Part shown: positions 39,371 to 51,836 of the stretch, one piece after another
Layout of the letters: each line of letters starts with the position of its first letter
Position numbering within the stretch: position 1 is the stretch's first letter
Assembly (NCBI GenBank): GCA_038087875.1
Contig: CM075997.1
Span: 6,946,001-7,010,000 of the forward strand
Direction of reading: 5' to 3'
From: Malacoraja senta
Lineage: Eukaryota
Length of the DNA: 64,000 nucleotides
Made by a program: the position numbers and the translations under genes
Notes under the pieces: model-generated
The model's database searches: none
Seen by the model: the letters and a program-made list of their open reading frames with translations, nothing else
Told to the model about the DNA's origin: nothing

Positions 39371-42184
39371 AGAAACATAGAAACATAGAAAATAGGTGCA
39401 GGAGTAGGCCATTCGGCCATTCGAGCCTGCCCCGCCATTCAATATGACCATGGCTGATCATCCAACTCAGTATCCTGTACCTGCCTTCTCTCTATACCCC
39501 CTGATCCGTTTAGCCACAAGGGCCACATCTAACTTCCTCTTAAATATAGCCAATGAACTACTCTCACCTACCTTCTGTGGCAGAGAATTCCACAGATTCA
39601 CCACTCCCTGTGTGAAAAATGATTTTCTCATCTCGGTCCTAAAAGACTTCCCCCTTATGCTTAAACTGTGACCCCTTGTTCTGGATTTCCCCAACATCGG
39701 GAACAATTTTTCCTGCATCTAGCCTGTCCAACCCCTTAAGAACCTTGTATGTTTCTATAAGATCCCCCCTCAATCTTCTAAATTCTAACGAGCACAAGCC
39801 GAGTCTATCCAGTCTTTCTTCATATGAAAGTCCTGCCATCCCAGGAATCAGTCTGGTGAACTTTCTCTGTACTCCCTCTATGGCAAGAATGTCTTTCCTC
39901 AGATTTGGTGACCAAAACTGTACGCAATACTCCAGGTGTGGTCTCACCAAGACCCTGTACAACTGCAGTGGAACCTCCCTGCTCTTGTACTCAAATACAT
40001 TTGCTATGAATGCTAACATACCATTCGCTTTTTTCACTGCCTGCTGCACCTGCAAGCCTACTTTCAATGACTGGTGTACCATGACACCCAGATCTCGTTG
40101 CATCTCCCCTTTTCCTAATCGGCCACCATTCAGATAATAGTCTACTTTCCTGTTTTTGCCACAAAAGTGGATAACCTCACATTTATCCACATTATACTGC
40201 ATCGGCCATGCATTTGCCCACTCACCCAACCTATCCAAGTCACCTTGCAGCCTCCCAGCATCCTCCTCACAGCTAACACTGCCCCCCCCAGCTTCGTGTC
40301 ATCCGCAAACCTGGAGATGTTGCATTCAATTCCCTCATCCAGATCATTAATATATATTGTATATTATACCTTGAGGTACCCCACTAGTCACTGTCTGCCA
40401 TTCTGAAAAATACCCGTTTACTCCTACTCTTTGCTTCCTGTCTGCCAGCCAGTTCTCTATCCACATCAATACTGAACCCCCAATACCGTGTGCTTTAAGT
40501 TTGCATACTAATCTCTTATGTGGGACATTGTCGAAAGCCTTCTGGAAGTCCAGATATAACACATCCACTGGTTCTCCCTTATCCACTCTACTAGTTACAT
40601 CCTCGAAAAATTCTATAAAATTCGTCAGACATGATGTACCTTTCATAAATCCATGCTGACTTTGTCCAATGATTTCACCACTTTCCAAATGTGCTGCTAT
40701 CCCATCTTTAATAATTGACCCTAGCATTTTCCCCACTACCGATGTTAGACTAACTGGTCTGTAATTCCCCGTTTTCTCTCTCACTCTCTTTTTAAAAAGT
40801 GGGGTTACATTAGCTACCCTCCAATCCTCAGGAATTACTCCAGAATCTAAAGAGTTCTGAAAAATTATCACTAATGCATCCACTATTTCTGAGGCTACTT
40901 CCTTAAGTACTCTAGGATGCAGCCTGTCTGGCCCTGGGTATTTATCGGTCTTTAATCCATTCAATTTACTAACACCACTTCCCGGCTAACCGGGACTTCA
41001 CTCAGTTCCTCCATCTCATTTGACCCCCGGTCCCCTGCTTTCCGGCAGATTATTTATGTCTTCCTTAGTGAAGACAGAACCAAAGTAGTTATTCAATTGG
41101 TCTGCCATAACCTTGTTCCCCATGGTCAATTCACCAGTTTCTGACTGCAAGGGACCTACATTTGTTTTAACTAAGCTTTTTCTCTTCACATATCTATAAA
41201 CACTTTTGCAGTCAGTTTTTATGTTCCCTGCCATTTTTTTTTCATAATCTATTTTCCCTTTCCTAATTAAGCCCTCTGCTGGACTCTCAATTTCTCCCAG
41301 TCCTCTGGTAGGCTGCTTTTTCTGGCTAATTTGTAAGCTTCATCTTTTGTTTCGATACTATCCCTGATTTCCCTTGTTATCCACGGATGCGCTACCTTCC
41401 CTGATATATTCTTTTGCCAAACTGGGATGAACAATTGTTGTAGTTCATCCATGCAGTCTTTAAATGCCTTCCATTGCATATCCACCGTCAACCGTTTAAG
41501 AATCACTTGCCAGTCTATCTTGGCCAATTCAAGTCTAATACCCTCAAAGTTACCCTTCTTTAATTTCAGAATCCTTGTTTCTGAATTATCAATGTCACTC
41601 TCCATCCTAATGAAGAGTCAACCATATTATGGTAATTCTTGCCCAAGGAGCCACGCACAACAAGACTGCTAACCAACCCGTCCTCATTACTCAATACCCA
41701 GTCTAGAATAGCCTGTTCTCTCGTTGGTTCCTCTACATTTTGGTTTAGAAAACTATCCTGCATACATTCCATGAAATTCTCTTCCTCAGCACACCTGCCA
41801 ATTTGATTCACCCAATCTATATGTAGATTGAAGTCACCCATTATAACTGTTTTACCTTTGTTGCACGCATTTCTAATTTCCTGTTTGAAGCCATCCCCAA
41901 TTCCATTACTACTGTTAGGTGACCTGTACACAACTCCCGCTAGCGTTTTCTGCCCCTTAGTGTTTCGCAGCTCTACCCATATCGATTCCACATCCTCCAA
42001 GCTAATTTCCTTCCTTTCTATTGCGTTAATCTCCTCTCTAACCAGCAACGCTACGCCACCTCCTTTTCCTTTCTGTCTATCCCTCCAGAATATTAAAAAT
42101 CCCTGGATGTTCAGCTCCCAGCCTTGGTCACCCTGGAGCCATGTCTCCGTGATCCCAACTATATCATATTCATTAATAACTATA
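39371..42184 (-). mobile_element. 5'-truncated CR1 LINE (same family as 18038-21859), antisense within the duplicated CR1
   Basis: EN/RT ORF pieces; (AGAAACAT)n tail; TSD AGAAT at 39366-39370 and 42185-42189; empty site at ~733. Confidence 0.92.
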
Positions 42185-42420
42185 AGAATGGAAAGCAGTG
42201 GCGAGTGGAGTGCCGCAAGACTCGGTGTTGGGGCCGCAACTGTTTACCATATATATTAATGATTTGGAATAGTGAATTAGGAGCAACACTACCAAATTTG
42301 CGGTTGACACAAAGTTGGGTGGCAGTGTGAACTGTGCAGAGGATTTTAGGAGGTTGCAGGGTGACCTGGACAATTTGAGTGAGTGGGAAAATGCGTGGCA
42401 GATGCAGTAAAATATACGTA

Positions 42421-43270
42421 TTTTACGGCGGGGGCGCCGTCCTGTATGGGTATGGCTGCCCAGCCTGCAGTTGTCCGTTTTTCTCTCTTTTATTATTTTT
42501 AGTGAGTTTTAGTGTTTTGTTTTTGGAGTTCTAGTCTTTTTTATGTGTGCTGGGGGGGGAGAGGGGGAAACTACTTTTCAGTGTCCCTACCTGGTCGGAG
42601 AGGCAGCTTTTCTCCGGGCTGCACTTTGGACCCGTCCTCGCGGCCTACCAGCGAGCCTAGAGCGGCGTTTCCTGAGGGGACCGCCCAGAACCTCGGCCTA
42701 GGCGGCGGCACAACCCTGGAGCGTTATCGCGGAGCGGAGCGGGCGATACCTTGCCCGCGTCGCCGCGCTGGAACACCGGTGAATTGAGCCCGCCGAGAAA
42801 AAACATTGCGGAGCTGTGGACGGTGGAGCGGCCAGCCGCGGGTGACTGCGCTGAATTTTACATCGGAAGCCTGCGATCTCTCGCCGAGATTGCCAGTGGT
42901 GGAGCTCCATCCAGCGCGGCCTGTTGGCTTCGGAAGGCGCGGTCTCCAGTAAGGAAGCGGCCGTTGCATGTTTCCCATGCCGCTGAGAGGATTCTCCCGA
43001 CGCCGGAGCACCATCACCCGGCGAGAAAGGCCTGGAACATCGGGCCTCCGGACTGCGGAGGCCATAATATGCCCGACTATGGGTGGACGGGATGGGGACT
43101 GGACTTTGTGCCTTCCCTCATAATGGGAACTATTGTGGGGGGATGTTTTTTGTGTTTAAATCTCCATCTTATGGTTATGTCTGTATTCTTTTTTTTATGT
43201 GCTGCATTGGCAATAAGCATTTCACTACACCTATGGTGTATGTGACCAATAAATAAACATTTAACATTTA
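42421..43270 (+). mobile_element. Paralog of the GC-rich non-autonomous element at 971-1829
   Basis: Same sequence at the same CR1 insertion point. Confidence 0.6.
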
Positions 43271-44082
43271 AATGTGCGGTTATCCACTTTGGTGGCAGAT
43301 ACAAGGGGGCAGATTATTATCTCAAATGGGTTAGGTTAGGTAAGGGGAAGGTACAGCGAGAACTGGGTGTCCTTGTACACGATTCACTGAAAGTTCGCGT
43401 GCAGGTACAGAAGGCAGTTAAGAAATCTAATGGAATTTTGGCCTTCATAACAAGATGATTGCAGTATAGGAGTAGAGAGATTATTCTGCTTTTGTATAGG
43501 GCTCTGGTAAGACAACAGCTGGAGTATTTTGTACAGTTTCGGTCACCTAATTTGAGGAAGGACATCCTTGTGATTGAAGCAGTGCAGCATAAGTTCACGA
43601 GATGATCCCTGGGATGGCGGGAATGTCATATGAGGAAAGATTGAAAAGACTAGACTTGTATTCATTGGAGTTTAGAAGGATGAGGGGGTTTCTTATAGAA
43701 ACATATAAAATTATAAAAGGACTGGACAAGCTAGATGCAGGAAAAATGATCCCAATATTGGGCGAGTCCAGAACCAGGGGCCACAGATTTAGAGTAAAGG
43801 TGAGGCCATTTAAGACTGAGGTGAGAAAAAACGTTTTCACCCAGAGAGTTGTGAATTTGTGGAATTCTCTGCCACAGAGGGCAGCGGAGGCCAAATCACT
43901 GGATAGATTTAAGAGAGTTAGATAGAGCTATATGGGCTAGTGGAATCAAGGGATATGGGGAGAAGGCAGGCACGGGTTATTGATTGGGGACTATCAGCCT
44001 TGATGACAATGAATGGCGGTGCTGGCTCGAAGGACCGAATGGCCACCTGCAGCACCTATTTCTATGTTTCTCTTTCTAAATA

Positions 44083-44540
44083 TGTCCGCACCCGCCAACG
44101 TTGGTAGACTAGCAAGATGCAGTGAGAGCTCTTACCAATGAGATTAATTACTGATAATGTCACTGCTTATCCAGACCCATCTCTGTCTACACTGACATCA
44201 CATACAGGTAATGTCTTTGAATCGTCCATTCCCAGGACATCTCACATAACAACCAGTTACCCAATTCCGTCACACACTGCTCAGATATATTTTCACCAAT
44301 GACACCATTGACAACATTTCCCTTGTGCTGAGCCACTGTAGATGATTGGACATGTTTGCAGGTTACCTATCCATGGGTAACCATTGAACAGATCTGCTGT
44401 ACTCATCATGTTAAAACGTGTGATGAACCTGATTTGTCTTGATGTGAATCTGTTCACCGCTCCCAGCACAAAGATCCATGGAGAAGTGAGGAATATCTTA
44501 CCACGCTAATTGTGCACTCAACCTCCAGTTATAGAGTGGT
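44083..44540. repeat. Module M, copy 4
   Basis: Paralog of 2640-3095. Confidence 0.8.
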
Positions 44541-45500
44541 AGAGTCTTACAAGGTGGAAGCGGGCTCATTGGCCCGACTTACCCACACCTGTCTTTCATC
44601 GGCCCATATTCTTCAAAACATGGCCAATCCATGTACCTACATACATGTTCCTTAAACTTTGCGATAGTACCGACCTCAACTAACTCCTTTGGCAGCTCGT
44701 TCTACACACCCACTACACTTGGTGTGAAAAAGTTACCGCTCAGTCTTCTACTCAATTTACCCCACTCATCTTGAACCAATCCCTGGTTCTTGATTCCCCA
44801 ACTCTGTGCGTCTAACCGATCTATTACTCTCAGGATTTTGGTCACCTTAATGATCATCCCTCATCCTCCAGCACCCCAAGGAATAATTTAATATCCAGCT
44901 GAATCTCTCACTCTAGATCACGACCTCCAGTCCTGGCAACATCCGCATAAATCGTCTTAATGCCCTTTCCATCTGGACACCATTTGTCCAATGTGGCCAC
45001 ATTTCCAATGTGTCCAAAGTAACTTCGGGCACGTACACATTTCTTAAGGGGTTGTACAGGCTAGATGCAAGAAGATTGTTCCCGATGTTGGGGAAGTCCA
45101 GAACAACGGGTCACAGTTTAAGGATAACAGGGAAGTGTTTTTGGACCGAGATGAGAAAAGACAGTGGTGAATCTGTGGAATTCTCTGCCACAGAAAGTAG
45201 TTGAGGCCAGTTCATTGGCTATATTTAAGAGGGAGTTAGATGTGGCCATTATGGCTAAAGAGTTCAGGGGGTATGGAGAGAAGGCGGGTACAGGATACTG
45301 AGTTGGATGATCAGCCATGATCATATTGAATGGCGGTGCAGGCTCGATGGGCCGAATGGCCTTCTCCTGCACCTATTTTCTATGTTTCTATGTTTTGATG
45401 TCCAACTTATCTACCTGTGATGCTACTTTCAACTCAATGTGTACCTGTCATCCTAGATACCTCTGCTCTACAATTAATTCAACTTTGGTCCACAACAATT

Positions 45501-46700
45501 AACCATATAACCATATAACCATTACAGCACGGAAACAGGCCACCTCGGCCATTCAAGTCCGTGCCGAACACTTTTTTTGTTTTTGTTTTCCCTTCTTTCT
45601 ACTTTCTTCCTCCTAGTCCCATCTACCTGCACTCAGACCACATCTCTCCATTCCTTTCCCGTCCATATACCCATCCAATCTATTTTTGAAGGATAAAATC
45701 GAACCTGCCTCCACCACTTCCACTGGAAGCTCATTCCACACAGCTACCACTCTCTGAGTAAAGAAGTTCCCCGTAATGTTACCCCTAAACTTCTGTCCCT
45801 TAATTCTCAAGTCATGTCCCCTTGTTTGAATCTTCCCTACTCTCAATAGGAAAAGCTTATCCACGTCAACTCTGTCTAACCCGCTCATCATTTTAAAGAC
45901 CTCTATCAAGTCCCCCCTTAACCTTCTGCGCTCCAAAGAATAAAGACCTAACTTGTTCAACCTTTCTCTGTAACTTAGTTGCTGAAACCCAGGCAACATT
46001 CTAGTAAATCTCCTCTGTACTCTCTCTATTTTGTTCACATCCTTCCTATAATTAGCCGACCAAAATTGTACTCCATACTCCAGAATTGGCCTCACCAATG
46101 CCTTGTACAAATTTAACATTACATCCCAACTTCTATATTCAATGCTCTGATTTATAAATGCCAGCACACCAAAAGCTTTCTTTACCACCATATCTACTTC
46201 AGATTCCACCTTCCGGGAACTATGCACAGTTATTCCTAGATCCCTCTGTTCAACTGCATTCCTCAATTCGATACCATTTACCATGTACGTCCTATTTTGA
46301 TTTGTCCTGCCGAGATGTAGCACCTCACATTTATCAGCATTAAACTACATCTGCCATATTTCAGCCCACTCTTCCAAATGGCCTAAATCTTTCTGTAGAC
46401 TTTGAAAATCGACTTCATTATCCACAACACCACCTATCCACTTTGAAAATCGACTTCATTATCCACAACACCACAACAGAACCCTTTGGATCTACTTTCA
46501 CCTTACTTGCCAATGCAACCTCATATCTTCTTTAAGCTTTTCTAATTTCTTTCTTAATATTCTGTTTACATTCTTTATACTCCTCAAGCAACTCATTTAC
46601 TCCATGCTGCCTATAATTATTGTAGATCTCTCTCTTTTTCCGAACCAAGTGGCCAATTTCCCTTGTAAACCATGGCTCTTTCCAATTTTTACTATTTCAT
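45501..46700 (-). mobile_element. CR1 second-family fragment, internally deleted
   Basis: ORF 45613..46323 is nearly identical to 3333..3929; (AACCATAT)n tail; ~34-bp duplication at 46400 and 46442 at the deletion junction; absent from copy 1. Confidence 0.85.
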
Positions 46701-46706
46701 TTCTCA

Positions 46707-46985
46707 GGACATCTCACGTAACAACCAGTAACAACCAGTTCCCAGTTCCGTCGCACAATGCTCAGATATATTTTCAACAGTGACACCAATGACAACATTT
46801 GCCTCATGCTGCCCACTCTAGATGAATGGACATGTTTGCTGTACCAAGAATTAATTGTTGAAAATGTGTTTCACCGTGCGTGTCTTGATGTCATCTGTTC
46901 TCTAACCCAAGGATAGAGATCCATGAACAATTGAGGAATATCTTAACGTGCTTATTGTGTAAACAACCTCCAGTTATAGAATCGT
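46707..46985. repeat. Module M, copy 5
   Basis: Paralog of 5490-5745. Confidence 0.75.
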
Positions 46986-47171
46986 ACAATGCCCAAATTG
47001 CCCACACCGGCGTTGGGTGTTGTGATAGTTCAGGCCTCAACTTCCTCCACTATCAGCTCTTTCCACACATCCACCACCCTTTGTGTGAAAAGGCTACCGT
47101 TCAGGTTCCGAATCAACCCCCCCCCCTCGTCTTAAACCTTTGTCCCCTGGTTCTTCATTCCCCTACACTGT

Positions 47172-47327
47172 TTACTTCGTCTTCGAGTCCACACACAAGA
47201 TTAGTTGTTTAGTCAGAGATGAACACAATTCTCGGCATCTGCATGCAAAGGTGTCTGTCTTGCGCTTCTTGTGCTTCTTGTGTGTGGTGGTGGAAAGATT
47301 GATGAAAACAGGGCCGCGACATCAACC
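47172..47327 (-). mobile_element. Short retro-insertion, possibly an RTE-type 3' end, with a 12-bp TSD
   Basis: TSD CCCCTACACTGT at 47160-47171 and 47328-47339; minus strand ends GTGGACTCGAAGACGAAG; paralog ~5790-5945 has lost its left flank. Confidence 0.6.
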
Positions 47328-47905
47328 CCCCTACACTGTGCCTCTACTTGATCTATTTCTCTCATGACGTTGGTCACCTCTAAAAGATCATTCCTCATCC
47401 TCCTGCGCACCAAGGAATAATGTATTAACCTGATGAATCTCTCCGTGTCGTTCAGGCCCTCTATTCCTGGCAACATCCTCGTGAATCTTCTCTACGCCCT
47501 TTCCAGCTTGACACAAATCTTCCGATACCATGGTGCCCCAAATTGAACCCAATACTCTAAATGCGGCCACAACAACGTCTTATACATCTGCAACATGACC
47601 TCCCAACTTCTATACTCAATGTAATGGCAGATGAAGGCCAATGTGCCAAAAGCCTTTTTGACCAACCTATCTACATGTGATGCTGCTTTCAACGCACTAC
47701 GTACCTGTCGTCCTAGATCCCTCTACAGTTACTTCACCTTTTTGCCTCGGATCCAGCTCATCGGCACTTACACATCCGAACCCACTGATCATTTAACTTC
47801 CCATTTGCGTCTGATTCTGAACGCACTTTCACTACAGCTGAACATGCAAATAAATAAAAATCAAGACTCAACTGCTCCTCCAAGTGCAGCGTTCTCCTCA
47901 GTTGT

Positions 47906-48053
47906 GTCAAGTCAAGTTTATTTGTCACATACACATACGAGATGTGCAGTGAAATGAAAAGTGTCATTTCTCCCGGACTTTGTGCAAAAAAACAAAAACA
48001 AAAACAAACTACAAATATAATGGAAGAATAGAATATCTTCAAGAAGAAAAGAA
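47906..48053 (-). mobile_element. Rex1/RTE-like 3' tail insertion with (CTTGA)n
   Basis: Plus strand TCAAGTCAAGTTTATTTGTCACATACA; absent from copy 1 (~6525). Confidence 0.6.
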
Positions 48054-48654
48054 TGCTTCAAATATCTGCGAGGCCCTTTTGTGTAGTTGTGTTCACCATG
48101 TTATAGAAATGATGTCCTATTGCCAGGGACAGTGTGGAACAGATTCACCAGGATGTTATCTGGGATGTCTGGCGTTAGTTAGAAGACAGATTCAATCGGG
48201 AGGGATTGGTCTCATTGGAGCGAGAATGCAGAGGGGCGACATTACTGAGGCTTGTAAATTTATGTCAACTACACCCGGATTGAGTAGATGGTCGCAGTTA
48301 TTTCCCAGGTTGGGGAAATCTAAAGCTAGAGAATTTAAGTTTAATCGAAAGGGGAAAGATTTAAGGGAATTTTGATGGGCAGATATTCCACCCCAAATGT
48401 AGTGCAATCATTTCATAAGAATTGGTGGGGCAGATACCGTCACAGCAAATAAACTGCATTGGACAGCCGTTTGTCTCGTGCAGCAATGGAGGGATGTGGG
48501 ACAACTGATGAGATTACCGTCGACAGACATCCCGATCTGCATGGATGAACCCGGCGAAGGGTCTGTTTCCATGCTTTTACATGACAGTTTGACACAGCAA
48601 TGGAATCACAAATTCTGTAATCTGCAATGTGCCCTGCCAACGACCCCCCCAATT

Positions 48655-49090
48655 GTAATGCATTCGTTAAACAGGTTAATATATATTGTAAATAACTGCA
48701 CTGAGCCTTGTGGATCCCCACTAGACACTGCCTGCCCTTCTGAAAAGGAACCGTTAATTCCTACTCTTTGCTTCCTGTCTGCCAACCAGTTATCTGTCCA
48801 TGTTAATACCCTCTCCCCTATACCAAGTATGCTAAGTTTGAACACTAATCTCTTGTGTGGGACCTTGTCAAAGGCTTTTTGAAAGTGCAGATACACCACA
48901 TCCATTAACTCTCCCTTATCGTTTCTACTTGTTACATCCTCAAAAATGGACAGAAGATTAGTGAAGCATAATTTCCCCTTCGTAAATCCATGCTCAATTT
49001 GACCAATCCTGTCACTGCTTTCGAAATGCACCGCTATTACATCTTTAATAATCAACTCAAGCATCTTCCCCATTAACGATGTCAGTCTAC
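48655..49090 (-). mobile_element. Old CR1 RT fragment
   Basis: ORF 48606..49073 HGFTKGK..FQKAFDKVPHKRL..GDPQGSV. Confidence 0.8.
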
Positions 49091-50769
49091 ATTGCCCTGT
49101 TGACTAATGTGGATCTCCTTTAGTTCCTCCCTCCCGCTAGATCCTCGGTCCCCTAGTTTTTTTCTGGGAGATTGTGTGGTTTTCCTTAGTGCAGACAGAA
49201 GTGAAGTACTTGTTTACTGGGGTTGTGGAATGCGAGGGAGGCTGTCTCCGTATACAGTGGCATGTAGATCAAGTTCAGAACTGGGGGCGTAGGGGGAATT
49301 AGCAGATGGACTTTATTCTGAGCAAGCGTGAGATGTTGCAATTTTGGAGGTCAAATGTAAATGCAAAATATACAATTAATGGCATGACCCATAACATCAC
49401 CGATGGGAAAGATATTTTGGGGTCCAGGTCCATAGCTCCCTGAATGTAATAACAACAGTAGATAGTGGTAAAGATGCATATGGCACAATTCCGTTCATTG
49501 GGCAAGGAATGGTTGTGTGTCTCAGGAATTGGTGCTGGGCTCATTGTTGTTTGTCGTCTAAAGCAATGAGTTGCATGAGAATGTACAGGGACTCATTTTT
49601 AAGTTTGTAGTTGGTACTAAGGTAAGTGATATCACAGGCAGTGAAAGTAATTATCAATAGATAGCCAATAGTCAATAGACAATAGGTGCAGGAGTAGGCC
49701 ATTCTGCCCTTCAAGCCAGCACTGCCATTCACTATGATCATGGCTGTTCATCCACACTCAGTACCTCATTCATGACTCTACCCCATATACCTTGACTCCA
49801 CTATCTTTAAGAACTCTATCCAACTCTCTCTTGAAAGCATACAGATAATTGCCTCCACTGACTTCTGAGGCAGAGAGTTCCACTGATTCACAAACCTCTG
49901 TGTGAAAAAGTTTTCCTCATCTCTGTTCTAAGTGGCTTACCCCTTATTCTTTAAAGTAAAGTAGGATTTTTTTAATTTGGAAGGTGGGCTGAGAAATAGC
50001 AAATCGTGTTTTTTTCAGATAGTGTGAGGTTTACATTTTGGAAGTCAAACCAGGGCATGATCTTCACCGTGAATTGTAGGTACCTGGGGAGTGTTGTAGA
50101 GCAGAGGGATGTAGGATTTTGCGGTGTTGCGGTCATTGGCGGTGAAGCGCGGCGTCGCTGGAAGAGGGGACCGCACGTCAACCCCGAGAGCGCCGAGTAC
50201 GGCCGGTCCCACAAGCTTGCGGTGTTATAGAAAATAAGCAACCGGGGCTGTTGCGGTGCTGGTCGCGGCGCCCGTGCCGCACACGTGCCGCACTGGCGGG
50301 GGCTGTGGCGGTGACCGTGCCGCACTGGCGGCGGCTGTGCGGTAAGAAATTATTTTTCAACAGTGCTGACTTTTTGGCCGCAGACTCGTGAGACCGCAGA
50401 CTCGTGAGACAGGCCTTTTACTGCTGTCCTCTCACAGAACTGTTACTCTCTCTTCTACCATCTCTATTCTCCCTCTCTACTCCGACCTCTCCCTGTCAAC
50501 TTCTCCCCCCTTACCACAATACCCCCTCTAACTCTCACTGCATCTCTCCCTTGAATAGTTCTGCTCACTTACCAGGGACTCCATCGATCCAACGAATACA
50601 TACAGTTCTTGTCTGTATGTATCTGACCCTTCCTCTCTTCCTTTTGCCAACCCACTCGCACTGAACTCCCCCCTCGTTTAATCTTCCCACTCTCCCTTTA
50701 ATAGTTCACACTTCCTCCATCTCATCCGCTTTCGTCATCTCCTCTATCTCTAAATTTGTACAGATGGAC

Positions 50770-51309
50770 TGACACACTGTGGGTAATACTGATGTTGTGT
50801 CACACTGTGGGTTAGTACTGATGAAGTGACACACTGTGAGGTAGTATTAATGTGTCACACTGTGGGGTAGTGCTGATGAAGTGACACACTGTGGGGTAGT
50901 TTAGATGTGTCACACTGTGGGGTAGTACTGATGAAGTGACACACTGTTGGCTAGTACTGATGAATTGACACACTGTGGGGTAATACTGATGAAGTGACAC
51001 ACTGTGGGGTAGTACTGATGAAATGACACATTCCAGGGTAGTAGTGATGAAGTGACACACCGTGGGGTAGTACTGATGTTGTGTCGCACTGTGGGCAATA
51101 CTGATGAAGGGACAGACTGTGGGATAGTACTGAGGAAGTGACACACTGTGGTGTAGTACTGATGAAGTTACACACTATGGGGTAATACTGATGAAGTGAC
51201 ACACTGTGGGATAGTACTGATGTTGTGTCACAACGTGTGCTAGTACTGATGAAGGGACACACTGTGGGGTAGTGCTGATGAAGTGACACATTCCAGGGTA
51301 GTACTGATG
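50770..51309. repeat. Minisatellite, ~27-29-bp unit TACTGATGAAGTGACACACTGTGGGGTAG, about 19 copies
   Basis: Direct reading; repetitive QYYPTVCHFIS translations. Confidence 0.93.
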
Positions 51310-51836
51310 GAGCCGTCTGTCAACCTCTCCCCCCTTACCCCTTCCTCCCCACCCACTCCCACTGCATCTGTCCCTCCGTTCATCTTTATCTCTCTGAGCC
51401 TTTCCTCTCTCCATTTTGCCAACCCACTCGCTGGGAACTCCCTTCCCTCATCCTCCCACTTTACCTTTGATTGTTCACTCTTCCTCTTTCGTCTTCTCCG
51501 CTGTCTCTTCATTTCTTCTTTACACTCCCTATCTGTCTCTCTCTTATGTCCACAATTCTCCTCCTCCTTGCCTTCACGTCTCTCCAACGCCTTTCTTGCA
51601 AAGTGCGGTTAAAATGGTTATCCACCATGGGATGTAAAAGTGAAGCAGGGAGAGGATTGCGAGATATTGGGGCCTGTTTCAAGATTGCCGACATGCCTCC
51701 TCTTCCCAGCGGACGGCGAGATATTGGGGCCTGTTCCAAGATGGCCGACTTTTGCCTCCTCTTCACCGCGGAGAGCGAGAAAATGTCCCCCCTCGCATCC
51801 GGGAAATATCACCTCCCCCTTATCCAGAGTCCCCAT

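Larger units (their letters stand above)
38834..50115 (+). repeat. Older segmental duplicate of 2-7552
   Basis: Collinear shared unique and TE blocks at roughly 90% identity by eye, with copy-specific insertions and deletions. Confidence 0.93.

Noticed and set aside
50770..51309. CRISPR array, or hammerhead array (CTGATGA followed by a hairpin in each unit)
   Set aside because: Units are contiguous with no unique spacers and there are no cas genes; the hairpin is followed by GTGG, not the required GAAA
50770..51309. Immunoglobulin/TCR recombination signal cluster
   Set aside because: Heptamer only; no nonamer at 12/23 spacing and no V, D, J or C coding segments in the window
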